From Kiritimatiellia bacterium (lineage in GTDB: Bacteria; Verrucomicrobiota; Kiritimatiellia; RFP12; UBA1067), in assembly GCA_050949565.1 (NCBI GenBank), contig JBMNFY010000017.1, positions 1,248,001 to 1,312,000 of the forward strand: DNA of 64,000 bases, given 5' to 3'. Under the pieces are notes generated by a model. That model was not told the origin of the DNA. It saw only the letters and a list, made by a program, of their open reading frames with translations, and did not search any database. The position numbers were made by a program, and so were the translations under genes. This document shows, one piece after another, positions 11,801 through 20,774 of this stretch (the first letter of the stretch is position 1; each line of letters starts with the position of its first letter).

Positions 11801-12411
11801 TCCGCAACCTGCCGGTCACCGTCGAGGCCGTACCCGACGACGGCTACGCTTTTGACGGCTGGGTCGGCACCGCCGTAGTGAATCCCGCCCCCAGCCTCTT
11901 CGTCGGCGATGCGCCGATCATCCTGACCGCGCGCTTCCGCCCGCTCGACGCACCGGCCTACCAGCCGACCGGCTACGAGCAGTGGCAACTCGCCAACTAC
12001 ATGGAGCAACAGATTCTGGGCACCGGCGAGGCCGCCGCAGACGCGCCGTCAGGTTACGCCGGCATGAGCAACCTTGCGTTGTACGCCTTCGGCATGAGCC
12101 GCTTCGACGGCTTGACCGACGAACAGCGAATCGCCCGCGCCCGCCTCTCCATCCACGCTCAGGACAGTGCGCTCTGGTTGGGTTACACCCGCCTCAACGA
12201 TAGCTTCAGCGATGTGCGCTACACCCTCAAGGTCGCCTCTTCGCTCACCGCGCCTGTGACTTGGAACGACGCCGTCACCGGCCTCGATCTCGACCCCGTG
12301 GCGCTGACCAACATTCTGGATGCCTCGATCTGGTTCTACGAAGTGCGCCTGCCGCAGGCCACGCCAGAGCGGGCCCAGCGTTTCTTCAAGCTGGAGGCAG
12401 AGTTACAGTAA
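8860..12411 (+). CDS. Secreted CotH-family kinase with lamin-tail and Fn3-like/chitobiase domains
   Basis: Signal peptide; VVNEV..DWIELYN (LTD); IYYTLDGSDP; LLRNSGNDW, INGEYWGIHNLRE, DWPINN, RWRWMLYDLD; ends QRFFKLEAELQ. Confidence 0.9.
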   Translation: MNIPTTNTGRHNRLLSLTVFALAMCMSARGALVVNEVCYDNSMVPDDTGDTSSDWIELYNTGPAAVNILNYGLGDANPYDDNKGVRLPNYTIPPGGFLVVFASSDLPEYTVWTNAPDIIAIPANSAWRYNTPASAPPSTWKDSTFDDTAWASGITPLGYNDATLNMDCATILPYGSNPANRYPTAYFRKTFKIVNPSVVTGLVVRARINDGMVLYLNGVEQKRIYMPDGAIAYSTLATVSVPPTFWTNILLSASGLVAGDNVLAVETHQAATDSVDLIMDMTVTALVEEQMPIVHGQFGLKKTGENVHLFDAGLTRIHKFDSPSSEPGENKTYGLAVDGVTGVCKIYDRPTPGLPNATYAQKYSVALYSETPTFSVAPGFYAANQSVVLSTPTAGHKIYYTLDGSDPWDSTTYVFSGAAISITAEAPATSGLAWLRTNPIEIDSRVPGTAWLPPIGSIPKAVVLRAIAVDSMTGTTCSPETRGTYFIGPSFTTRTLPTVSLITDSNNLFGFTSGIYVPGKYYADSPTGYGSNKWGKPNANYHQDNDDEAWERPVQVELFETAQNTAAFACTVGMAMHGGGTRALPQKTLYLISRLGTYGTSHIDYQLFPDESGTSYKRFLLRNSGNDWYGPMSGGIATMLKDAVFHRIVKKLDTSVMAYRPVTAYINGEYWGIHNLRESFDKHYLATRYGLDPDNMDILMHEEDAKDKVRITRVDGDKNSDEEYEELIDWIDVNPLSENINYERVQTAAVFTNALDIVITGIDVTNHADYIIAETFFANTDWPINNCDFWRAHTNQTATCGAFGDTRWRWMLYDLDVAGEKGADFNMFTYLSSKKMTGRREPGFLINQLWSNLSFRNYFVMRYANLLNTTFRPERMTAIIADATDTIAPEIEQHFRRWGRTFTQAQWRAAVTNVLIDFTATRHAVSWQHLDSHFGLGGTGTLTVNNHDATGTGGRFIVNGIDITTGTEGVTTRASWSGTFFRNLPVTVEAVPDDGYAFDGWVGTAVVNPAPSLFVGDAPIILTARFRPLDAPAYQPTGYEQWQLANYMEQQILGTGEAAADAPSGYAGMSNLALYAFGMSRFDGLTDEQRIARARLSIHAQDSALWLGYTRLNDSFSDVRYTLKVASSLTAPVTWNDAVTGLDLDPVALTNILDASIWFYEVRLPQATPERAQRFFKLEAELQ

Positions 12412-12421
12412 TGCCCACGGT

Positions 12422-15033
12422 TTATGGGGCGGCTATAAGGTCTATCCAGAAAGAGCGTTTGATGCGCAGGAGCCTGAATTCCGGATTGTTTTCCGACAGC
12501 AGGTAATGGCCCATCCCCTCCGGAAATTTAGCAAAATCCGGATGACGCACCTGAGTCACCACGCCCGCGAACGAGGCGCGCATTGACCTGTGCACCAGCC
12601 TCCTGCCGTTGTCGTAATCGTAATACTGGTTGAACCTGCCTTTGTAGATGCCGGTCATAGGCGAATAGCTCAACGTTGCAAGTGCGCTGTTAGCGCCTAT
12701 GTAGACGTAAGCGTCGCCATCCTTCACCGGCCTGATCCCCTTCTCGATCACAAGGCGTGTTCCCGTCGACATCACCGACACCGCGTACGGCAGCGCCTCA
12801 TATTGCGGCAGCACCGCGCTGCCGGACACATAGTAGGCGACATCGTTAGTTTGCGCACACAGCCAGTATTCGGTGGCCGGTAGCACCGCGCCTTTGCCGA
12901 AGTATCCGCCGCACGGCATAAGCAACGCCTCAAAACCGTCCGGTCCGCTGCCGGGCTTGTCCCAGCGCACGAACCAATCTTCTGACCAGTCCGTATCCAC
13001 AACACCCGTGTTCGGAGCGATCCAAAGCATAGCGCCAATTCCCCCTGCTCGTCTGTACAACGGCTGGAAGAACGGCACGCTTGCCATGCTGCCGTAATCA
13101 CCGAACAGCAGCAGCGTTGATGCCTGCGACACTCTGGTACCGTCCGCCAGCACGCCGGCGATCCTGACGCTTCCCCGAAGTCCTACGGTCATCGTCAAAT
13201 ACCCGCTGCCCTGCGGCTCTTCTTGCGCGGCCCCGTACGACAGTACATCATAAGGGTACAGTGAAACCGTGTAATACCCCCTCAGCCGCGCTAGATCGGC
13301 CTGAGCGTAATTGTCCTCACGATCAGCGAACACATGGTAGGCAGCCTCAATGAGTACTTCTTCGTTCCCCAGCGAACCACCCGACAGACGGCCGTACGCC
13401 ATAATCCAGTTGACCCAAAGCTCAAGAGTCTCGCCGCTCGACCTCTGCATACGGACATAGTAATCGTTGTCTTCCGTCACGCCCTGCCAACCCGTCGCCC
13501 TAAAGCTCAGCGAGCGTCCCTGCAGTACAACCTTCGCCGTGATCCGTCCGCGCTTGGTTATGTTCATTGAGAAGGTGCCACACACATCCGGCAAGGGCTC
13601 TCCGCCCCCAAACCTTTTGTCACGAAAAACCACGCCGGGGTAGGTGCCGAAAGGTCCGATGAGTTCAGGTTGTTGCGGCGTTCCGTTACCGGTGAGCCAG
13701 CCCTTAATCGCTTTATACGTGACATCGAAACGCCCGAAAGCGTCGATGCCTCCGCCCGTCTCACACGATGAACTCCCACCCACAAGCTGCCCGATCAGCT
13801 TCCCTGTCGCATCGAAGAGCGGTGCGCCACTACTGCCCGGCTCCGTCACGCCGTCCGTAAAATTCACGAACCAAAAATCTGGATCAATCGCGTCCAGCTT
13901 GCTGAAACTGATTCGTTTGTAAGCGCCGTCTGGGTGATGGATACAGGTGAGCGTTTCGGTATACGACGGCCTGCTCGTCGACCACCCGACATAGGTGGCG
14001 CCATCCGGTGACGGCGAGCGCAAACGCAGCAACGCAAAGTCATTGCCCGTCTCGTAGGTCTGTCCCGCGAGATAATCGGCGCCACCCTCCGTGACGGTCA
14101 CGGCGGCCAGCGATGGAGGCGCACCGTTGCAAGTCGCCGTCTGGAAAAACCAGTAGAACTCGGTATCGCTGGCCTGGCTCTGGTTGGCGACGCAGTGCGT
14201 CCCTGTCAAAAAGAAATCAACCCATGTGCTATCATCCAGATCGTTCGCAGGCACCCCGTGCAATAGAGATAGTTCGCTTCATAAAAGACCCCAATGCCTG
14301 CAACCCCCCGAGAAGCAGCGTCCCACCCCGGGTAGCAACTCACGTCATTGTGGCAATTTCCCTCCTTGAGCCTTATCGTGCCGGGCGTCCGATAGAGATG
14401 GACCACCTTCCCAATCGAAAACGCGGCGCGCGTAGGGTCGCTTCCCCGTGGCACCCAACACTCTACTGTTACCGTTTGCGCAAAAAGCGCCCCGGACCAA
14501 AACGCCTCGCGATTTCTCATGCTGACGCTGTTATACGGTCCCCGCACAACTGTCGGGTCCTCGGTGTCGAACACCCTGATCTCGCAGCCTTCCGGCAACT
14601 CAACATCCTCGAAATGGACGCGTATCCCATGCGCACCATCGGCACGGAGGGTCGTACACCACACACGCGAACCATCCGCCAGCACCGACCATCCGCCGAG
14701 CGACGCCGGAGCCGCTGATCCTCGCGCCGTGATGCGGTTCGGTAGCTGGCGCACCACACCGATCCGCAATGCTTTTTCGCCCGCCGCAACGGCTTCGGCA
14801 TCCTCCGCCGCAAGTGTCTGCAAGTCCAGTGCTTCAAGCACTATTTGGGGCTCGCACTCCCACTGTCCGGCGGCAAAAGAGTGCGGGAGCGATGGCAAGG
14901 CCTTTGGCACCATCGCCATCGGCCGCACAGCCGACGGTACGGAGATTCCGGATTCGCCCGCTCCGCTACTCAGAACCACCGACAGTGTCACAAGCCCCAC
15001 AACCCCGTTTCCTATCCACCACCGCATTTTCAT
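12422..15033 (-). CDS. Secreted lysyl-endopeptidase-like trypsin serine protease with PVC-type C-terminal domain; frameshift near 14246
   Basis: Signal peptide and pro-region in one frame (to YCTGCL); FLTGTHCV, DFALLRL, IHHPDG, TEPGSSGAPLFD in the next; one added base gives CTGCLLND. Confidence 0.8.
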
Positions 15034-15296
15034 TTGTCTACCCTTTCCACGACGGCATTCTACATGCCCATCCCTCAATTTTCCGGCCTCAGAAACCAAC
15101 AGGTTCGCGTAGCCCCAAGTATGCCACTGCATAGTAATAACGTCAATCCGCGCGGTTTATTGTTTGGACTTTTGGGTTGATCAGTCGGATCGGCCTGAAT
15201 CAGTCGGATCTTCTTTGTGGCAAGCGGCAGAAAGCGGGATTGTCATGCCCTTCCAGGGCTGATACCATTCCGGTCTATAAATTCCTTGTAAACGTC

Positions 15297-16229
15297 ATGA
15301 GTAGCGCTGTCCTTAGTTCTATCCTGCCTGTCTGCCTGCTGATGCTGCTGGGCGCGGCGCTACGTCGATTCGGATTCCTGCCGGATCTGTTTTTCGCGCA
15401 ACTGAACCGTCTGGGCTTCTGGATACTCCTACCCTCGTTGCTGTTTTGCACCATCCAGCGGGCACCGCAAGCCGCCAGTGGCGACGGTATACGCGTCGGG
15501 CTCCTGCTCTGTGCCTGTTCGCTGGCCGTGACGGCGGCGGCCTGGCTGGCAGCCCGCGCCATGCGACTCCCCGGTGCTTCGGCGCGCGCACTGATGCAGG
15601 CGGCCATGCGCGGCAATCTGGCTTACACCGCCCTGCCGGTCATCCTGTATGCCTTTGGCGAAAACAGCCAAATGGCGGCAGTCGCCACGTTCGCACTCGC
15701 GCCGGCCATTCCGTTCTATAACTTTTGGGCGGTGGTGATTCTCACCTCGGCTCCGACGGACACCGCACGCGGAAGTCGAAGAGTGCGCGCATTGTTCGCA
15801 GTGCTGAGGAACCCGCTGATCATCGGTTGCCTGCTCGGCGCACTGGCGTGGAAAAGCGGTGTCCCGCTGCCGCAGGGCATCCTGAATGCTGTCACCGCGC
15901 TCGGCAATGCCGCCCTGCCGTGCGCACTGTTGGCACTGGGTGCCGGCTTGACGCCCGCACGTCTGCGCGCCCAATTCCGCCCGGCCTTGGTCGGCACCGC
16001 GCTGAAACTCCTCCTGATGCCTGCCTTCGGTTACCTGTTCGCATGCGCCGCAGGCTTCAACCGCGAGCTGACCTTGGTTGCCCTGCTTTTTCTGGCTAGT
16101 CCCTGTGCGGTCACCTCCTACGTGATGGCCGATCAAATGGGGGCGGACAAAGAACTCGCCGGTTCAGCTATCGTCCTCAGTACACTGCTGTGCCTGCCCG
16201 TCATGGCTGTTCTGTTGCTGGTGTTTTAA
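15297..16229 (+). CDS. AEC (auxin efflux carrier) family transporter
   Basis: ~10 TM; LLPSLLF, RGNLAYTALP, NPLIIG, SPCAVTSYVMADQMGAD. Confidence 0.9.
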   Translation: MSSAVLSSILPVCLLMLLGAALRRFGFLPDLFFAQLNRLGFWILLPSLLFCTIQRAPQAASGDGIRVGLLLCACSLAVTAAAWLAARAMRLPGASARALMQAAMRGNLAYTALPVILYAFGENSQMAAVATFALAPAIPFYNFWAVVILTSAPTDTARGSRRVRALFAVLRNPLIIGCLLGALAWKSGVPLPQGILNAVTALGNAALPCALLALGAGLTPARLRAQFRPALVGTALKLLLMPAFGYLFACAAGFNRELTLVALLFLASPCAVTSYVMADQMGADKELAGSAIVLSTLLCLPVMAVLLLVF

Positions 16230-16230
16230 T

Positions 16231-19200
16231 CTACAGATCGCGCAACGCATCGGGATCGAAGCGCCGTGCGGCGGCGCGCGCCGCGCACCAGACGCAACCG
16301 ACGGCACAAAGCACCAGCACAAGAATCGCGACCGCCATCGTCCGCCATGGCAACGCGCCGCCCAGTGAACGCGCCGCCGGTTGGATCGCCACCAAGGCCG
16401 ACAGGATGCCGGACACCAGTCCCGCCATCACCAGCACCCCGTATTCTGCGGCCAGCAGACGCACTACACTCCGCCGCGCCACACCGACCGCCGCCAGCAG
16501 GGCAAATTCACTGCGGCGCTCCTCCACACCGCGCAGGATCACCAGCGACAATCCGGCCGTACCCAGCAGCAGCCCGAGCGCACCCAGCACCAGAAACAGA
16601 TCCAGATAACTCGCCTCCATCGCACCCAACATGCGCAACCGCTCCTCCACGGTTTCGATCGTCACTCCCGGCACCGGGTGGCGCAACACGGCGGCTTGCG
16701 CGCGCTGTTCGGCAGTCGGACGCCGGGTCACGTCCGTCGCTTCGCGCAAAGCGTAAGGCGCATAGTCGCAGAGCCACATCCGATAACCTTCTTCAGGGGA
16801 CATCTGCGCAAAGAATTGTTCGTCGATAATCAGCGCGCCCTGCAGGATGCCGCTGCGCACCGGCAATGCGCCCACGATCCGCACACGCCACGGCGTGCCG
16901 TCGCTCCCGGCGTAGGTGATGACCGCGCCATCGGTGACTCCCGCCCGAGTCTTGAGACTGTATTGCAGCATCGCCCGGTCGGCCGCCAGTGCCGGGATCG
17001 TGCCATCCGGTAGCGGTTGTTCGAGCGGCGACCAGACGCCGCCCGCCTCGCGCGGTTCGAATGCCCGCGCTCGCGCCATGACGCGCGCCTCGAGGCCCAA
17101 CAACTGCGGCGTTTGCGGTGCGTTCATGTTGAGGCATCCGGCCTCGTCGCCCTCCCGCATACGCACTGGAACAATGCCTTCCGCACCGCTTATTGCATGC
17201 GCCAGTTCTAGGCCGCGTGTGCGATCCAGCGACACTGCCGAGGTGACGATCGCACGGAAACCGCCGCTACCAGACCACGGATGCTCGCTGCCGGCTGCAG
17301 GATCATGCCGCATCGCGAAAATCCCGACCGACAAAAAGAGCCCCACTGCCAACAAAATCACCACCGGCGCACTGCGGCGCGGTATCGCCAGTGCCCGCGC
17401 CACGCCCGCCGCCACCGGCGACTGCACCGCCGACCGTCCGGCAGCGACGCGCCGCCATGCCTCGCCCATCGAGACCAAGAACAGCATGATTGACACCATC
17501 AGCAGGAACCCGGCACCGAAGAACGCCCCGTTCGCAGCCGCCCCCTCCGGACCCCACACCACGATCGCGATCACCGCCAGCGCCAACACACCGCCGACGA
17601 CGCTCTTAGCAGACGCCGACAAACGGTTGTTGCGCGTTTTTTTAACGCAGAGACGCGGAGACGCAGAGGTTTTGCAAAACCCCTCGTGGCATGGGCGTCC
17701 CGCCCATGAAACACGGGCAAGATGCCCGTGCCACACCTGCTCCCGACTCTCTGCCCCCCCTTTCACCAGAAACGCATTGTCTTCGCACCGCCACACCGCC
17801 GTGGGCAGACTCGACGCATAGCGCCGTGTGACGTGCAGCAGCACCAACAGGGTCAAGCCAGCACTGATTGCGGCAGCCAGCAACGCCGCCGGCATGGAGA
17901 AGATGAAGAGCGGTTCAGCACCGGCGAAGGCATCGCGCCAGAAACGGCCCAGACTCCACACAAGTGCGCGGGCGAGCAACGCCCCGCCCGCAGCCCCCAC
18001 CACGGTGCCCACGCAAAGCGGTACGCTCCACTCCGCCACCAAGACCAGTATCACACGATTGCGACGCCACCCCAGCGCACGAAAGAGCGCGATCTCATCC
18101 TTACGCGTTTCGAGCGCCAACGCCAGCGAGAGCCCGACCAGCAACAACGACGCGGCCATCACGATAAAAGCCATGCCGACAAAGAGCAGCCGAAAATCGG
18201 TGGTGCCGCGTGCGGCGGCGAGCCCCTCTTCCCAGATGGGACGCACCTGAAATCCGAGTCGCGTCGGCGGGACGCCTTTGAGAGCCGTGCGCACCGCCGC
18301 TTCGTCCGCCGCCACACTCAAGCACATGGCGTCGCCGAAGACCGTACCGAACGCCGTCTTACCGGTCGCGTGCGTGAAAAAGAGTTTCGGCGTTTCGCGC
18401 CACGCCTTCCAATAGGCCTCGTTCGCGGCATCGTTCAGTTGCTCCTCATCCAACGGCAGGCCGACATCCCAATCCGCACAACTGTCCACGTTCTCAAGTC
18501 CCGGAAACACGGGCATCGCGCGGCGCGCTGTCGTGGCTGTCTCCATCGGGATCACGCCACGCACGCGGAAGGTATCTTGCGTCTCGACCAGCCGACCGCC
18601 CGCTTCAAAACGACGCCAACTCACCGTCACCTCCGCATCGGTGGTGACGCCCAGCGTCTCGGCCAGCCACGCATTGATCACGATCTCGTCGTCGCGCAAA
18701 TCGCGCGGAACGAGCGCACCATCCGGCGTGACCGCCGCCACAAAGCCATACGGCGTGCCGCGTTCCCCCGCCGTGAACGCATCCGCCAAATGATAGGTCG
18801 CGGCACCGACCTTCAGTCCCGCCTGCTCCAACGCCTCACGCAGACCGGGCGGCAGAAACACACGGCGGCTCCTGATCACTGTGACTGTCTCTCCCGCCTC
18901 GGATTTCTGTTCTTCGATCTCCAACCCGCACGCTTCGGGCGTCAGCGTTTGTGCTAATGCACGTTCCAATTCCTGCGGCGACAGAGCGGAGAGCAGCAGG
19001 TTGGCCATCTTCGGCTCACCTACACTTGCCGCCAACGTATCCAGCGGAACGAAGAGATTCACAGGCGGTAACGACGCGGGGCGCAACGCAAAATCGGCGG
19101 GAAGCAGCGTGGTGTTCAGCGGGAGCGGAACGGATGACGGAGCAGACGCCAGATGGCGGCGGACAAGGCGCGACTCCTTCACCTGACCGAGCGGGAGTTC

Positions 19201-19638
19201 CGCCGCATGGAGCGTCGGCTTCACAAAACGCACCGCGCCTTCGGCTCCGCGCAACAGGTCGCGCGCCCGGTCGTTCAGCGTGGCTCGGAACTCTGCGCCT
19301 CCCGTTTCCTGATCACTGTACAGACCGATGATCTGCGCATCAGACGCACACACCGCGCCTTTTGCCGTCAACAACTCACCCCGCAACAGCAACGCGGCTT
19401 CTGTGTTGGGTAGGCGTTGCGCGAGGTCTGCCGGAAAGACCCCTTCGGCAAGCAGTACAGCAGAACGTGCGGCACCGAGACGGGCGTGCAGACGAGCGCG
19501 CAGACCGGCCTGCAACGATTCACCAGTCAGCAACGCGGCACCCAGTACCGCGGCGGTCAGCGCGGCCGTAGCCGCAAAGACGCCGTGCCGGGCGCGATAG
19601 TACCGCAGGCTGCGTTTGACCCAAGTTCCGGTTGTCAT
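16231..19638 (-). CDS. FtsX/MacB-like ABC transporter permease (double unit) with in-frame repeat insertion
   Basis: Two FtsX halves (ETRKDEIALFRALGW; EERRSEFALLAAVGV); repeat-derived peptide in the linker. Confidence 0.85.
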   Translation of the reverse strand: MTTGTWVKRSLRYYRARHGVFAATAALTAAVLGAALLTGESLQAGLRARLHARLGAARSAVLLAEGVFPADLAQRLPNTEAALLLRGELLTAKGAVCASDAQIIGLYSDQETGGAEFRATLNDRARDLLRGAEGAVRFVKPTLHAAELPLGQVKESRLVRRHLASAPSSVPLPLNTTLLPADFALRPASLPPVNLFVPLDTLAASVGEPKMANLLLSALSPQELERALAQTLTPEACGLEIEEQKSEAGETVTVIRSRRVFLPPGLREALEQAGLKVGAATYHLADAFTAGERGTPYGFVAAVTPDGALVPRDLRDDEIVINAWLAETLGVTTDAEVTVSWRRFEAGGRLVETQDTFRVRGVIPMETATTARRAMPVFPGLENVDSCADWDVGLPLDEEQLNDAANEAYWKAWRETPKLFFTHATGKTAFGTVFGDAMCLSVAADEAAVRTALKGVPPTRLGFQVRPIWEEGLAAARGTTDFRLLFVGMAFIVMAASLLLVGLSLALALETRKDEIALFRALGWRRNRVILVLVAEWSVPLCVGTVVGAAGGALLARALVWSLGRFWRDAFAGAEPLFIFSMPAALLAAAISAGLTLLVLLHVTRRYASSLPTAVWRCEDNAFLVKGGAESREQVWHGHLARVSWAGRPCHEGFCKTSASPRLCVKKTRNNRLSASAKSVVGGVLALAVIAIVVWGPEGAAANGAFFGAGFLLMVSIMLFLVSMGEAWRRVAAGRSAVQSPVAAGVARALAIPRRSAPVVILLAVGLFLSVGIFAMRHDPAAGSEHPWSGSGGFRAIVTSAVSLDRTRGLELAHAISGAEGIVPVRMREGDEAGCLNMNAPQTPQLLGLEARVMARARAFEPREAGGVWSPLEQPLPDGTIPALAADRAMLQYSLKTRAGVTDGAVITYAGSDGTPWRVRIVGALPVRSGILQGALIIDEQFFAQMSPEEGYRMWLCDYAPYALREATDVTRRPTAEQRAQAAVLRHPVPGVTIETVEERLRMLGAMEASYLDLFLVLGALGLLLGTAGLSLVILRGVEERRSEFALLAAVGVARRSVVRLLAAEYGVLVMAGLVSGILSALVAIQPAARSLGGALPWRTMAVAILVLVLCAVGCVWCAARAAARRFDPDALRDL
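17644..17788. repeat. Composite REP/IS-end-derived element inside the permease gene
   Basis: 17666-17740 is nearly the reverse complement of the IS right end 58204-58280; 17740-17788 matches 19949-19997. Confidence 0.8.
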
Positions 19639-19654
19639 TAGTGCGTTAGTTCAT

Positions 19655-20146
19655 TAGACGCAGAGGTTTTGATGCATGCGGCGTGACCGCCGCAGGGAGG
19701 GGCAAGCGTCTGCTTGCCCGCGGACGAGCAGACGCTCGTCCCTCCCGGTGCTCCGCAATGGAACCCGTAACCATCCTTCCGCACAGCGGAAGGCGGCTCG
19801 TGGGGACACTCGCCCTCCAAATCATGTCAATCGTGTCAATCATGTCAGTCATGTCAATCATGTCAAAAAATGAAACCATGGAACACGGGCAAGATGCCCG
19901 TGCCACACTCTTTTGCAAGGCACGCTGTTGCGGGCGAGGACGCCCGCGCTCCCGATTCTCTGCTCTCCTTTTCACCAGAAACGCATGATCTTCGCACTCC
20001 CCTGTCACTTGCCTACAACTTACACGATCAAAGTTATCCTCATTTACATCCCAGACGAAACGCGGGCGGCGGGCTAACCGATTACAGTTATTTCACCCTC
20101 TCCTGCTGGGAGAGGGACGGGGTAAGGGTTGCGGGCCCCGCCCGCG
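19655..20146. repeat. Intergenic cluster of REP-like palindromes, 9-bp tandem repeat and terminal-repeat copy
   Basis: GGCAAGCGTCTGCT..AGCAGACGCTCGTCC; GGCTCGTGGGGACACTCGCCCTCC; five AATCATGTC-like units (19820-19864); CACGGGCAAGATGCCCGTGCCAC; 19931-20007 homologous to 41784-~41857; CCCTCTCC..GGAGAGGG. Confidence 0.8.
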
Positions 20147-20761
20147 TCATTCTGTTCCCTCAAAGAAAGCATACCCGTTTTCTGGGCTTCGATATACTTG
20201 GAAGGCTAAGGAAATATCCTTGTGGCTGTTTCTTCCCAGATCGAGTTCAGGCAGGTTTTCAAGGGTAAAGAAACCGACTTCACTTGTTTCCAAGCTGACT
20301 TGCGGTTCACCTCCGGTCAATTCGCAGAGGAAATGAATCTTGTAGATATACTCGGGATGGGGAGGATATCCAGAGCGGTTTCTGTCGATGAGATTTATAA
20401 TCTTTTTTGCCTTGACCCTGTAGCCGGATTCTTCAAAAACTTCCCGCTCAACATTCTCAGCCGGTGTGGCATTCACATCGGCCCAACCGCCTGGCAGCGT
20501 CCATTTTTCTGTTGAAACCTCCTTCACAAGAAGGATTTCATTATCGTGAATAACAGCACCCCTTACATCTAGTTTCGGTGTGGGATAACCGATTTCATCC
20601 GGCCACACGAAATCCGGGCACCTCCCTTCGGCTTGAATGATAAGTGAAGACAACTCTTTGAGTCTGGCGAAACGCTCCTGATCGAACGGGTCTTTTGAAT
20701 AGGTCAACCCACCTTGAGCTATTGCTCGTAACTCCCGTGCTATGTCCAACAAGTTCATCAT
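20147..20761 (-). CDS. NUDIX hydrolase (ADP-ribose pyrophosphatase-like, with N-terminal domain)
   Basis: IAQGGLTYSKDPFDQERF; GYPTPKLDVRG; Nudix box PGGWADVNATPAENVEREVFEESG. Confidence 0.93.
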   Translation of the reverse strand: MMNLLDIARELRAIAQGGLTYSKDPFDQERFARLKELSSLIIQAEGRCPDFVWPDEIGYPTPKLDVRGAVIHDNEILLVKEVSTEKWTLPGGWADVNATPAENVEREVFEESGYRVKAKKIINLIDRNRSGYPPHPEYIYKIHFLCELTGGEPQVSLETSEVGFFTLENLPELDLGRNSHKDISLAFQVYRSPENGYAFFEGTE

Positions 20762-20774
20762 GTGGATACTCCTG

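Noticed and set aside
19820-19864. Possible CRISPR array
   Set aside because: Contiguous 9-bp units without spacers; no cas genes in the window
20055-20146. Possible integron attC site after the NUDIX gene
   Set aside because: An inverted repeat is present, but no convincing RYYYAAC/GTTRRRY pair and no integrase in the window
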